From the IMG/VR virus record IMGVR_UViG_3300037119_007256: DNA of 64,000 bases, one strand, 5' to 3'. Positions within the stretch are counted from its first letter, which is position 1. Each line of letters begins with the position of its first letter. Source of the DNA: an uncultured virus (IMG/VR IMGVR_UViG_3300037119_007256) (taxonomy: Duplodnaviria > Heunggongvirae > Uroviricota > Caudoviricetes). This document shows positions 36,143-46,279 of this stretch, one piece after another. The translations under genes and the position numbers were made by a program. Under the pieces are notes generated by a model, which was not told the origin of the DNA, ran no database searches, and was given only the letters and a program-made list of their open reading frames with translations.

Positions 36143-38649
36143 TGGCCGTACACGGCAACACAGTAGAACGTGCCCAGCGTAACCAACGCGGCCAGGTGGC
36201 TTTGTCGGACGGGGCGCCGCAGGATCTGGCGTGGCTCGATGGGGACGGGGTTATGCGAATGGCCCCTCACCCGGGGCAGTGGCGGGCCTGGTGTTCGACC
36301 CGGCGGGTGGTTTGCGTTCTGGCGGGGACTCAAGGGGGGAAGGCGTTGGCCCTGGACACGCTGATACCGACCGCCGACCGCGGTATGGTGGCGATGGGTG
36401 ACCTGGCGGTGGGGGACATAGTGTTCACACCGGACGGGCTGCCGACCCGGATATCGTACGCGTCGCCCGTATTCATCGATAACGATTGCTATCGGGTGAC
36501 ATTCGACGACGGGGCGTTTGTGGTGGCCGACGCCGGGCATTTGTGGGTGGTCCAGAGCCGGCAGCAGCGGATAAAGGACAAACCACCCAGCGTGGTGACG
36601 ACGGAGCAGATGGCCGTGTCGGTCAACGTCAACGGAGGCAAGTACCGCAACTGGTCGGTGGATGTCCCGGCGCCGTTCCAAGGGGGGCCGGTCGACCTGC
36701 CGGTGCCGCCATACACGCTGGGTGCCTGGCTCGGGGATGGTTGCAGCTCGGCGGCCTGGCTGGCCACGGCGGATCGGGAGGTATTGGCCGGGATGGTTGC
36801 CGAGGGGGTGTCGGTCGGGCCGCCGCGGGAGTGCAACGGCGGCGAGGCCCGCAAATATTTATTGGGAGGTGGTCCGCGCGGTGGGGTAATGGTGGGTCGG
36901 TTGCAAACCAGGTTGCGAGAAGTCGGCGTGCTCGGCGACAAGCACATCCCGGAGGTATATCAGTTTGCGCCGGTGGCCGATCGCTGGGCACTGCTGAAGG
37001 GGCTGATGGACACTGACGGATCGTGTGGGACTGATGGGTCTTGTGACCTGACGTTCAAGTCCAGGCGGCTGGCCGACGGAGCGCTCAGGCTGATTCGCGG
37101 GCTTGGTATCAAGGCCAGGATGAGGCCGCGGACGGCCAGGATCGATGGGCGAGACTGTGGGGTGGTATGGCGGATTGGCTTTACCTCTACGGCACGGGTG
37201 TTCACCGTCAAGCGGAAGTTGGACAGGGTCAAGGACTCGGTCCGGGCCGACGCCGTCCGGCGATATGTGGTGTCGGTGGAGCCCGTGCCCAGCGTCCCGA
37301 CCCGGTGTATCGCGGTGGAGTCGCTGACGGCTCAGTTCCTGTGCGGCGAAGGGATGATACCGACGCACAACACCTCGTTCGGGCCACATTGGCTGTACCG
37401 CGAGGTGGCGGCCCGGGGGCCGGGCGATTACATGATCGTCACACCGACGTACCCGCTGCTTGAGAAGAAGGCACTTCCGGAATTTCGCAAGCTGTTCGAA
37501 CGGTGGCTGCGGCTCGGGTCGTATGTATCGAGTCCCGTGCGCACATTTCGATTTTCATTGGCGGGGGCCAGTCGGACCTTTCCGCGGGAAAGGTGGGCCC
37601 CAGGGGTTAGCGACCGGGCTTGGGAGGCGTGGCTTGAGGAACGGCCGACCACGGTGCAGTTCGGGTACGCCGAGGACCCGGAGAGCCTGGAGAGTGCGAC
37701 GGCCAAGGCCGCGTGGCTGGATGAGGCCGGACAGCGTAAGTTTCGGCTGGCGGCCTGGGAGGCGATCCGGCGCCGGCTGTCGATTCACCAGGGGCGGGTC
37801 CTGATAACGACGACGCCCTACGACCTGGGGTGGTTGAAGCAGACCATCCACGACAGGTGGGCGGCAGGCGACCCGGACATTGACGTGGTGCGGTTCGACT
37901 CGACCGAGAATCCAGTGTTCCCACGGGAGGAGTTTGAGCGGGCCAGGGCTACGATGCCGGGCTGGAAGTTCGACCTGTTCTACCGCGGGATATTCACTCG
38001 GCCGGCAGGACAGGTGTACGGCTGCTTCCGGGACTGGGTCGGGGATGAAGGCGGAGTGCGAGGTCACCTGGTGAAGCGGTTTGTGGTGCCCGTTAGTTGG
38101 CCTCGGTATGCGGGGATCGATTTCGGCGGCGCCAACACTGCCGCGGTGCTGTATGCTGGTGAGTTGGATAGCCGCGGCCGGCGGACAGGCCGGTTGGTGG
38201 CTTTCGCCGAGTACCACGCCGGCGGGGTGCCCTGTGCCGGCCATGCTCAGGCCATTCGCCGCCTGGCGGGGGCCCCGATTCGGGCCGCGGTCGGCGGATC
38301 GAAGTCGGAGGGACAGTGGCGACTGGAGTTTAAGCGGGCAGGGTTGCCGGTCCTCGAGCCGCCGGTGTCGGATGTAGAGGTCGGCATAGGCCGAGTGTGG
38401 GCGGCTCATGTAGAGGACCAGGTGCTGGTGTTCGACGACCTGGCGCGGTATCGGGACCAGAAGGCGTCGTACGCCAGAGTGCTCGACGAGTTGGGCGAGC
38501 CGACTGAGCCGATCGAAGATAAGCACTCGTACCATCTGATGGACGCGGAGCGCTACGTGTTGGCCTGGCTGCGGCACCCGAGGACGACAGGGTCGGCGGG
38601 TGACACTGCCCGGCCCGGCGTGGAGGCCGTCCTGGCGAGGCTCAGATAA
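36142..38649 (+). CDS. Terminase large subunit, intein-containing
   Basis: Walker A AGTQGGK|T, Walker B WLDEA, ITTTP, nuclease GIDFG and HLMDAERY. Confidence 0.9.
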   Translation: MAVHGNTVERAQRNQRGQVALSDGAPQDLAWLDGDGVMRMAPHPGQWRAWCSTRRVVCVLAGTQGGKALALDTLIPTADRGMVAMGDLAVGDIVFTPDGLPTRISYASPVFIDNDCYRVTFDDGAFVVADAGHLWVVQSRQQRIKDKPPSVVTTEQMAVSVNVNGGKYRNWSVDVPAPFQGGPVDLPVPPYTLGAWLGDGCSSAAWLATADREVLAGMVAEGVSVGPPRECNGGEARKYLLGGGPRGGVMVGRLQTRLREVGVLGDKHIPEVYQFAPVADRWALLKGLMDTDGSCGTDGSCDLTFKSRRLADGALRLIRGLGIKARMRPRTARIDGRDCGVVWRIGFTSTARVFTVKRKLDRVKDSVRADAVRRYVVSVEPVPSVPTRCIAVESLTAQFLCGEGMIPTHNTSFGPHWLYREVAARGPGDYMIVTPTYPLLEKKALPEFRKLFERWLRLGSYVSSPVRTFRFSLAGASRTFPRERWAPGVSDRAWEAWLEERPTTVQFGYAEDPESLESATAKAAWLDEAGQRKFRLAAWEAIRRRLSIHQGRVLITTTPYDLGWLKQTIHDRWAAGDPDIDVVRFDSTENPVFPREEFERARATMPGWKFDLFYRGIFTRPAGQVYGCFRDWVGDEGGVRGHLVKRFVVPVSWPRYAGIDFGGANTAAVLYAGELDSRGRRTGRLVAFAEYHAGGVPCAGHAQAIRRLAGAPIRAAVGGSKSEGQWRLEFKRAGLPVLEPPVSDVEVGIGRVWAAHVEDQVLVFDDLARYRDQKASYARVLDELGEPTEPIEDKHSYHLMDAERYVLAWLRHPRTTGSAGDTARPGVEAVLARLR
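36343..37371 (+). mobile_element. Class-3 intein (343 aa) with LAGLIDADG homing endonuclease
   Basis: Begins ALALDT and ends PTHN|T; LGAWLGDG and LKGLMDTDG motifs; W(B12)-C(F4)-T(G5) triplet. Confidence 0.9.
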
Positions 38650-38751
38650 GGGCTTTCTGAGGGGGGTCCCGGCGAAGGCCTTTGGGAGGTCTCCTGAGGC
38701 TGTGGCGAGGCCCGTGGGGCCGTATGGATCATTCCAGGAGGGAGGGGGCGC

Positions 38752-39171
38752 ATGGAAGAGGTAGGGAACGGGAGGTCGGTCGGTCCCCAAGCAACCGAGG
38801 CCGGCGGGGCGTTCGAAGCCCGGCACCTGGCAGACGCCGAGATGCGGGTGGCCTGGGAGCAAGTCTTGTCCAGCGTGGAGAAGCAGCGGTTTCAGAAACA
38901 CCTTGAGCTTACGATCGCCAGGTCGGTGAGCCCTCAGGTCCTCGAGGCGGCCCGGCGCGAGTACCGGGTCGTGGAGGCTCAGCAGCGGATCCTTGAGGCG
39001 AAGCATGCCCAGTGGGCCGCGGCCCACCCCGAACCGGACCCCGTTGAGGAACGGGAATACGAAACTCGCCCAGCGTTGCACCCTGCCGTCGCCGAGGAGT
39101 ACCTTAAGGCTGTGGCCCGTCCTGAGCCATTAGCCGCCGGCGCTCGGATAGCCTTGCCGGGGGACAGGTAG
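38752..39171 (+). CDS. Hypothetical protein
   Basis: GGAGG RBS; 139-aa ORF. Confidence 0.55.
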   Translation: MEEVGNGRSVGPQATEAGGAFEARHLADAEMRVAWEQVLSSVEKQRFQKHLELTIARSVSPQVLEAARREYRVVEAQQRILEAKHAQWAAAHPEPDPVEEREYETRPALHPAVAEEYLKAVARPEPLAAGARIALPGDR

Positions 39172-39173
39172 CC

Positions 39174-41864
39174 GTGCCCGGCGCCGTCATACCGCCCATC
39201 ACCAGGTTGGCCTTTCTTCGTGACGTAGAGGGGCCATTTGTTGACGGCGACCTGGTGCAGGCCCAGAATGATGGGGCGGGTGGCGTTCAGTTCGTGCCGG
39301 GAGCCGGCAACTTTCTGCCCTCTAGCGGTGGGACCGTTACCGGTCCCGTTGTGTTCGATTGGGGGGCTGCGGGCTATCCCGGGGGCGGCGTTGAGCTGGT
39401 GTTTCGGGACTGCCCAGCGCTGGATCCTACAAAGTCGTTGATCCAGTTAAACGGCCCCCTCGCGGGCGGGCATACGGGCGGTACATTTATAGGTGGGGTT
39501 CTTGACCCGACATTTACTGGGTCTTTGATTGACGTGTGGGGCGGCTCCCCGGCGGCGCAGAAGTTTCAGGTCACCGGGGACGGTCGGGTCTACGCCGGAA
39601 GGCTTGAACTGAACGGCTCGGCCACCCAACTGACGGTAAGCTCTACATTAGGCCCTGCTCGCATCTATCTCAGCGGTGGGACAGGGAAGGACCCGGAGAT
39701 TTACTTCTACGGCAACGCACAGCACATCCTGAAGCAGGAGGTGGCAACCGGTCAATTCCAGGTACTCAACTACAACGGTATTGTGACCTCTCTGGAGTTG
39801 ACTTCTTCCCGCTGGCAGTTGCGGCAGAACGCGACGATCTACACGGACTTCAACCCGCAGACGGTGGATGGGGCGGCAACTGCGGCTTACTACTTCGACA
39901 CGGCGAACACCCTCGGCGGGGCAGGAACGCTGCTGGCGTTGTGGAGGAACGGGGGCACGGAACGCGCTCACCTCACCGGCGACGGCAGCTTGAAACTCAC
40001 CGGGACCCTGGGAGCCGGGGCGATACCGGACCCGCTCTACACCGGGTTCTTTGTGGGGACTCCCACCGCACGGCTCCGCTTGTCGTCTGCTACAGCGGGC
40101 AACCATTCCTACCTTGAAATAGGCGATACAGCTTTCACGCACCGGCTGATCGTTGGCCGGGAGAACAGCGTGGGAGCCAGTCTCGCTACCGGCGGTCAGC
40201 CTTATGCCGGGGTGGTGATGACTATCTCCGCCGACCCGATCCACCTCGCGCCGGGCGGCTATACCACCCTGACGGCCTTCCCGGCAGTGGGGCCGGGCCG
40301 GGTGCTGATCGGAGACGGGTCGGTGGACGCCGCGGCAGCCCTCCAGGTCAACAGCACGACGCGGGGCTTCTTGCCGCCCCGGATGACGACGGTGCAGCGG
40401 GACGCCATCTCCACCCCTCCTGACGGCCTGATCCTCTACGACGCAACGACAGGCAAGTTCCAGGGGCGGCAGGCGGGCGCGTGGGCTGATCTGGGTGGCG
40501 GCGGCGGTGCCCTCCCACTGACCGGCGGAACGATGACCGGCGCGATCCTGACTTCCAACACCTCGAACCTGGGGAACGCGACCACCGGCCGCTTCGGGGC
40601 CATCTACGGCAATACCCTCGACATCTTGGGGTCGGTATCCAGCAGTGTCGCGGCGGCGATAGCCAACACCAACGCCAATTCCTGGGGCCTGCACCTCTCC
40701 ACGGGCGGCTTTGACGCGGGGCGAGCCGTGCTCATCGCGGAGCGGGGCAACGCCACCGGTGCATTCCTGGCTGGGACCAGGGTGTTCGGGGTATGGGACG
40801 ATGGGACCACGCGCTTCGGCGCGACGGAGAAGGGCCGCTTCAACCCGGACGTGGTGGATGGGGCCTCGGCAGTCGCCTACACCTTCGACACGAAGAACGC
40901 CCTCGGAACGGCGGGCGCGAAGCTGGCGTCGTGGGCGAACGCTGGCACCGAGAAGGCGTACTTCGACCACGAGGGTCGCCTCTACCTGAAGGGTCCCTAC
41001 GGTGGCATCGGGCAGGTGCATATCGCTCCCACGGGTGGCTCCGAGGCGACGATCTACCTGAACGCCTCCGGCGGCAGCGCCGGAGCCCAACTCCTGATGC
41101 AGTCATCGTATGGGCTGTGGTATCAGTATACGGACCCCGCCAGCAATGGCGATATGAACTGGTATTCCGGTGGGCTGCGAATGTCGCTCTCCCAGACGGG
41201 TGAGTGGCGGAATTATGCCCAGCGGAGCAGTGACGGCTACACGGGGATTACCTCGGCCGGGAGCGGGGCACACTCGGGCTACATTTATACTCGCAGCGAG
41301 TCCGAGGGCTTCGGGCAGTATTACGACGTGCATAAGGCCGCCAACATCGCCGCCGCGACGGGCTTCTACAACGCCGCGCATATGTTTAATGTCGCATTTA
41401 CCTGTACAAGCGGCAACATCCTCTCTGTCTGGAATAACTCGGAGTATCGCTTCAACATCGCGGCCCGGGGCGGGACGACGATCCGCAACGACGGGCCGAA
41501 TACCGGCGACATCCTTACGCTGCAACAGGGCGATGGGACGGTGGCGGCCCTGTTCCCCAAGACGGGTGGCCTTATTCTGGACAGCACGACTTGGGGTCTC
41601 CTGCCGCCGCGAATGACGACCACGCAGCGGAACGCGATCAGTGCTCCGACGGACGGCCTGATTCTCTACAATGCGACGGATGGCAAGCTTCAAGGGCGGC
41701 ATGCAGGAGTCTGGGAAGACCTTGGCGGCGGGGGAGGTGGCCTGCCGAGCTTTGTGGACGAAATTGTTTTCAAGGACGACGCGGCGACTCCACACTACTG
41801 GCAGGTGCGAGTGAACAGTAGCGGATCATTGGTGACGGCGGACCTGGGGACGACGCCTCCCTAA
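39174..41864 (+). CDS. Long tail-fibre-like protein with an internal duplication
   Basis: Two copies of LPPRMTT.QR.AIS.P.DGLILY.AT.GK.QGR.AG.W.DLGGGGG and of AY.FDT.N.LG.AG..LA.W.N.GTE. Confidence 0.7.
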   Translation: MPGAVIPPITRLAFLRDVEGPFVDGDLVQAQNDGAGGVQFVPGAGNFLPSSGGTVTGPVVFDWGAAGYPGGGVELVFRDCPALDPTKSLIQLNGPLAGGHTGGTFIGGVLDPTFTGSLIDVWGGSPAAQKFQVTGDGRVYAGRLELNGSATQLTVSSTLGPARIYLSGGTGKDPEIYFYGNAQHILKQEVATGQFQVLNYNGIVTSLELTSSRWQLRQNATIYTDFNPQTVDGAATAAYYFDTANTLGGAGTLLALWRNGGTERAHLTGDGSLKLTGTLGAGAIPDPLYTGFFVGTPTARLRLSSATAGNHSYLEIGDTAFTHRLIVGRENSVGASLATGGQPYAGVVMTISADPIHLAPGGYTTLTAFPAVGPGRVLIGDGSVDAAAALQVNSTTRGFLPPRMTTVQRDAISTPPDGLILYDATTGKFQGRQAGAWADLGGGGGALPLTGGTMTGAILTSNTSNLGNATTGRFGAIYGNTLDILGSVSSSVAAAIANTNANSWGLHLSTGGFDAGRAVLIAERGNATGAFLAGTRVFGVWDDGTTRFGATEKGRFNPDVVDGASAVAYTFDTKNALGTAGAKLASWANAGTEKAYFDHEGRLYLKGPYGGIGQVHIAPTGGSEATIYLNASGGSAGAQLLMQSSYGLWYQYTDPASNGDMNWYSGGLRMSLSQTGEWRNYAQRSSDGYTGITSAGSGAHSGYIYTRSESEGFGQYYDVHKAANIAAATGFYNAAHMFNVAFTCTSGNILSVWNNSEYRFNIAARGGTTIRNDGPNTGDILTLQQGDGTVAALFPKTGGLILDSTTWGLLPPRMTTTQRNAISAPTDGLILYNATDGKLQGRHAGVWEDLGGGGGGLPSFVDEIVFKDDAATPHYWQVRVNSSGSLVTADLGTTPP

Positions 41865-41879
41865 GGACAGGAGAAACAA

Positions 41880-42218
41880 ATGCCACTGACCCCCGAAGAA
41901 GAAGCGGTAGTCCAGCAGCAGCGGGCGAACAGCTACGTGACCCGCACCCGTACGCTCATCACCCAGCTACTGGGGAACTTCCAGCTATCGGACGCCTTGC
42001 TGGACGAGTACAACTCGGGCGGCTTCTCCGATCCGACCTTCCTGCCCGAGGAGATTTTCGCAGGCGGAACACCGGCTACGAGTCCTATGATGTTCGGCGG
42101 GGGCAACACGGATATGACGCGGGACGAGTTCATTGCCTGCATCGTGTCCCTCCAGGCGGTCCAGTCGCTCCTCGCGGCGGGGCACCTCACGAACCTGCTC
42201 AAAGGCCGGAAAGGATGA
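41880..42218 (+). CDS. Hypothetical protein (possible fibre chaperone)
   Basis: AGGAG RBS; follows the fibre gene. Confidence 0.5.
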   Translation: MPLTPEEEAVVQQQRANSYVTRTRTLITQLLGNFQLSDALLDEYNSGGFSDPTFLPEEIFAGGTPATSPMMFGGGNTDMTRDEFIACIVSLQAVQSLLAAGHLTNLLKGRKG

Positions 42219-42724
42219 CCGAGGAGCAGCGGGTCGAGATTCAAGAACGCATTGTTGCCGGGTCCTACGTCCATGCAGCGGTCGAAGACGTGCCGATCCT
42301 GTTCGCGGCCCTGGTGAACGAGGAGCAGAAGCTGGAGGCGGCCATTCGCACGATCCGGTCCCAGGGCGACTACGTGGACCGGCTCCAGGCCGAGGTGGCG
42401 GTTCTGAAGGTAGAGGGGCCGGGGGCCGAAGTGGCGCGACTGCGGGGGGCGTTACAGGGGATTGCCGCGATCCTCGCTACGGCCTCTACTATGCCCCGGA
42501 TCAACTCCAGTGAGTTCACGGCGGCCGAGCTGGAAGCGATGACGGTGCGGACGCCGGAGCTGACGCCCGCGGAGAGGCGGCTCCGAGATATCCTTCAACT
42601 ACGCGAGGTGACTGGCGCGGGGATGCGGGACTGTAAACGGGCGCTGGAGGAGGCTAAAGGCGACATTAACGTAGCGCACCGGTTCCTCCGGGAAAAGCCT
42701 TGTGCCGCGGGGACAGTGAAATGA
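42215..42724 (+). CDS. Coiled-coil protein ending in an EF-Ts N-terminal (UBA-like) domain
   Basis: ILQLREVTGAGMRDCKRALEEAKGDINVAHRFLREK. Confidence 0.7.
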   Translation: MTEEQRVEIQERIVAGSYVHAAVEDVPILFAALVNEEQKLEAAIRTIRSQGDYVDRLQAEVAVLKVEGPGAEVARLRGALQGIAAILATASTMPRINSSEFTAAELEAMTVRTPELTPAERRLRDILQLREVTGAGMRDCKRALEEAKGDINVAHRFLREKPCAAGTVK

Positions 42725-45411
42725 TTCTGCCTTATTGCCCACCCGGTCCGCTACCGTCACACATCCGTCACAACACGCACAGCGGCGGACGGTTGGATGT
42801 TAAGACCTATGGGGCCATTGGTGATGGCGGAATGCACTACATTACCAGCGGGGACATTGCCGATAACCCGCAGTGGTTCGACGAAGGGGTCTGCCGCTAC
42901 ACGACCGCCGACACCTGGGACTTCGTGGGCATCCAGGAGGCCATTTTTTCGGCTTATGGCACACCGGGGAACCTGCACGGCCTGGGCGGCGTTGCCAATA
43001 ACCGCGAGGTCTACGCCCCCGCCGGAGACTACCGAGTTAACAGGACGCTGTTTCTCACCAAAGCCGCTGGTGTTATATTCTACGGAGCCGGGCGGTTCTC
43101 CACCCGGATTTATATCACGGCCCCCGACAAGCCGATACTCGAAACCAACATGGCCTATTCGGTCATTCGGGACATTTATTTCGGAAATGCGGGCGGGACT
43201 TCTACGGTGCCTACTGCTCTCGTGGAGTGGGTCTGGGGTAGTCAGCCCAACGAGTCCGGGATGGCCCACCTTTCCATCTCTGACTGCATGTTTCACGGCA
43301 GCGCCAGCCCCACTGCAATCGGCTTCCGGGTGGCACGGGACCTTTATCAAGGTGATAACGTAATTTTTTACAATTGTTTTTTCGCCGACTGTGATTATGC
43401 TGGGTTCGCCACTGGGGACGGCGCGTTCAACGCGTTGCAGTTAGCTTTCATCGCTTGTAACTTCCAGGCGTGTAACGGTAACGGTATCCTGGCCTACGGC
43501 GGGAACGTCGTTGTAGAAGATTGTAGTTTCCAAAACGGTGCTTTGGACGCGGCTATTCAGCAGACCGGCTTTGACATCTGCCTGATCTCCAATTCAGGCA
43601 GTGTCGCCAGCATCATTCACGGTTGCCGGACAGAGAGCAAACGGTTCCTCCACGCTGACAGTCACCACTTCGTGGACATTCGGGCCTGCTCTACGCTTAC
43701 CGGCCCCAGCAACTGGCTGCCGAGCACTGCCTATGTGGTGGGCAACATCGTAGGTCCGGCGACCGGCAAGGACGGACGGCCCTATATCTGCGTGCAGGCA
43801 GGCACCAGTAGTGGCACAGAGCCGACCTGGACGGGGATCGACGGCATCGTGGACGGTGGCGTGATCTGGGATGTCTACAACTACAACATCGTCGAGTTTG
43901 ACAATGGGACGATGGAGGGCTGTAACTTCCCGTGGGGCCGGATCAAGATCGGGGAGGCCGGTTCTCACTGTCGGCTCATCGGGAACTACTTCAGCCGTGA
44001 TGACTGGCTGTATAAGGCGGCCGGTCAATCGGAGACAGTGCTCTACCTGGCAGCGCAGAACAACCTGATGTGCGGCAATCAGGTCACCCACGCGGGCGGC
44101 ATCAATCAGGGGGCGGCGGCTCCCTACCGGCTACCGTCCTACGGGTATCCCAACCAGGATTACAACGAAGACCACATCGAAGCCTATACACACTACTATC
44201 TCCCAGGGAAGATGCCCCTCCTCTGGGCCAGGCAATGTATCCTGGCTTCTTTCCAGCATCGGGTCGCTCGGGACGTGGGACTCTGGCCGTCCTACGGGCA
44301 CATCGCAGACGGATCGAATAACGACATCTCCCTGAATGTTCTGGGGCCTATCGGGACGTTTGGACCTAGACACGTTGAAGGTGCGAATGCAGCAGGCAAT
44401 CCCCTGATTGTCCAGGGTGGGCTCAGTCGGGGCTTGGGCGCAGGCGGCGATATCCGGTTCCGGGTCAATGTCCCTGGCACGGCGGGCAGCGACCTAAACT
44501 TGCCACACGCCACGCAGGACAGCCTGCGGGTTCGTTACAACCGGGTCAAAGCCGGCGTGCCGCTCCAGGTGCTCAAGGTCTCAATGAGCCAGCGGGACGC
44601 CCTGACCGACAAGGAGCCGGGCGACCAGATCTACAACATCACCCTCTCGCGCCTTCAGGTCTGGAACGGCTGGATCTGGGACGACCTATCGGCGGGCACG
44701 ATGCTCTGGAACCCGCTCGACTACTTCGGAGTGGACCTCCAGGCGTGGTGGCAGATTAGGGACCCAGCGACTCGGTTTCAGGACAGCGCCATGACGACGC
44801 TGGCGGTCGCGGACAATGCCTTCCTTGGCGGGATCGGCGATAAGACGGGCAATGGGAGGCATTTACTTGCTCCGTCTACCGGGGCACGTTCAATCCTGAA
44901 ACTGAACATCACGGCGGGGCACCCGGTAGCGCGGCACGACGGAATAAGCCAGTATCTCCTGTCAACGGGCTGGGATCGCTATCCAGGGCCGAACACGTTG
45001 GTGATGATCTGCCGCTCCACCGGCGGTTACATAATTGGCTCGGGCAACAATCTGGCCGGGTTGATGTATGTTACGCCTCCGGGAAGCGTAATTTACTGGG
45101 CCTACAATACCAATCTGGGGGTGGTCCAGGACATCGGGACGCGGTTCGGGTGTGCCATCGGCACTTACGATGGACCGAACTCAAAGTTCTGGGTCAACGG
45201 GGTGCGGAACCACATAGGCGATACCGCGCATGCAGCAGGAGGAAATCCGGTGGGGGTGACGGTGGGTGCTCGCTACGACGGATCCAGTCCGGCGACGATG
45301 GACTGGTGCGAGGCGTTTGTGATCTCGCGGGAGCCGACTCCACTGGAGGTAGACTACATCGGACTCTACGCCCAGCAGTATGACACCCCGGAACCCATCT
45401 TCATTGCCTGA
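42721..45411 (+). CDS. Tailspike/depolymerase: pectate-lyase-like beta-helix, carbohydrate-binding-like insert, LamG-like C-terminus
   Basis: DVKTYGAIGDG...VYAPAGDYRV start, Cys/Asn-ladder repeats, WLPSTAYVVG...GTSSGTEPTW and FWVNG motifs. Confidence 0.75.
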   Translation: MILPYCPPGPLPSHIRHNTHSGGRLDVKTYGAIGDGGMHYITSGDIADNPQWFDEGVCRYTTADTWDFVGIQEAIFSAYGTPGNLHGLGGVANNREVYAPAGDYRVNRTLFLTKAAGVIFYGAGRFSTRIYITAPDKPILETNMAYSVIRDIYFGNAGGTSTVPTALVEWVWGSQPNESGMAHLSISDCMFHGSASPTAIGFRVARDLYQGDNVIFYNCFFADCDYAGFATGDGAFNALQLAFIACNFQACNGNGILAYGGNVVVEDCSFQNGALDAAIQQTGFDICLISNSGSVASIIHGCRTESKRFLHADSHHFVDIRACSTLTGPSNWLPSTAYVVGNIVGPATGKDGRPYICVQAGTSSGTEPTWTGIDGIVDGGVIWDVYNYNIVEFDNGTMEGCNFPWGRIKIGEAGSHCRLIGNYFSRDDWLYKAAGQSETVLYLAAQNNLMCGNQVTHAGGINQGAAAPYRLPSYGYPNQDYNEDHIEAYTHYYLPGKMPLLWARQCILASFQHRVARDVGLWPSYGHIADGSNNDISLNVLGPIGTFGPRHVEGANAAGNPLIVQGGLSRGLGAGGDIRFRVNVPGTAGSDLNLPHATQDSLRVRYNRVKAGVPLQVLKVSMSQRDALTDKEPGDQIYNITLSRLQVWNGWIWDDLSAGTMLWNPLDYFGVDLQAWWQIRDPATRFQDSAMTTLAVADNAFLGGIGDKTGNGRHLLAPSTGARSILKLNITAGHPVARHDGISQYLLSTGWDRYPGPNTLVMICRSTGGYIIGSGNNLAGLMYVTPPGSVIYWAYNTNLGVVQDIGTRFGCAIGTYDGPNSKFWVNGVRNHIGDTAHAAGGNPVGVTVGARYDGSSPATMDWCEAFVISREPTPLEVDYIGLYAQQYDTPEPIFIA

Positions 45412-45417
45412 CAACCA

Positions 45418-46275
45418 ATGTACACTTATACGGCAGATGTGCAACTGGCCGACGACGAGGTAGGCCTCGTTGCTATTGGGTACGACCTTGTCAACGCGGA
45501 CGATGAGGACGACGTTGTCGCGGTGCTGACCACGATCGGCGTTCGTGAGTCCGCCGTGCCCGGGCGGTATTACTCTCCTATCCAGCTGCCGGATGGGCGC
45601 CGAATCCGCATCAGGTGGCACGATGGGGCCGGCTATCGCTCGGCCGAAGTGGTCGACCCACGGGTGTTGGCTGCAACGGGGTCCGGGCGCTACATAGTCG
45701 AGGTAACCGTGATGACGGACCCGGGCCCGGGCCCTTACCCGGTCGCCAGCGCCTCTGTGACAATTCAGCAGGCCGGGATGAACGTGGCCTGGGGCTACAC
45801 GGGCCATGCCGGGGAGCCCCTGGCCCTCTCGCTGGTCCCGGGGACCTACCAGGCGCTGGTGGCCGGCCCGGGGCCGGGGTGGGCGCCTTTGCCGCCCCAG
45901 GCGCTCGTAGTGGCGGCGAACATGGCTGTGGAGTACGAGCTCGTCCAGCAGGCGCCGGCGCCGCCTACAGCCCTTCCCGGCTACTGCAATGTGTTGGTGG
46001 ACACGCTGGACCTGGCAGATGTGGTCGTGGTCGGGGCGATGGTGACGGCCCGGGCGCTAACCCTGCCGATGCGGACCGGTACGGTCCTGGTGGGGCGAGC
46101 TCCGCTGACGGCCTCTACCGACGTGTTCGGTCGGGCTACGCTGGCCGTACCAGCTTCACCACAGTTCGCCAGAGAAGCCCGGCGCTGGCTATTCGAGTGC
46201 CCCGAGCTGGGGCTGTCGGCGGCGGTCGAAGTGCCCGACGAGGGCGAGGTCTGGCTGGCCGCGCTGATGGGGTGA
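45418..46275 (+). CDS. Hypothetical beta-sandwich virion protein
   Basis: ASVTI...LVPGTY and GAMVTA...TDVFGRA prealbumin-like repeats. Confidence 0.5.
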   Translation: MYTYTADVQLADDEVGLVAIGYDLVNADDEDDVVAVLTTIGVRESAVPGRYYSPIQLPDGRRIRIRWHDGAGYRSAEVVDPRVLAATGSGRYIVEVTVMTDPGPGPYPVASASVTIQQAGMNVAWGYTGHAGEPLALSLVPGTYQALVAGPGPGWAPLPPQALVVAANMAVEYELVQQAPAPPTALPGYCNVLVDTLDLADVVVVGAMVTARALTLPMRTGTVLVGRAPLTASTDVFGRATLAVPASPQFAREARRWLFECPELGLSAAVEVPDEGEVWLAALMG

Positions 46276-46279
46276 CGTA

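Noticed and set aside
37555..39081. Long antisense ORFs (also 191-1288, 3575-4873, 39648-41090, 50328-51680, 59485-60618)
   Set aside because: Shadow frames of well-supported genes, expected in high-GC DNA; no recognisable motifs.
42215..42724. Host tsf (EF-Ts) gene marking a prophage boundary
   Set aside because: Only ~36 aa match the N-terminal domain; the EF-Ts core is absent and both flanks are phage genes.
39174..45411. Diversity-generating retroelement acting on the fibre genes
   Set aside because: No reverse transcriptase and no adenine-specific TR/VR pair seen; the internal duplications differ at all base types.
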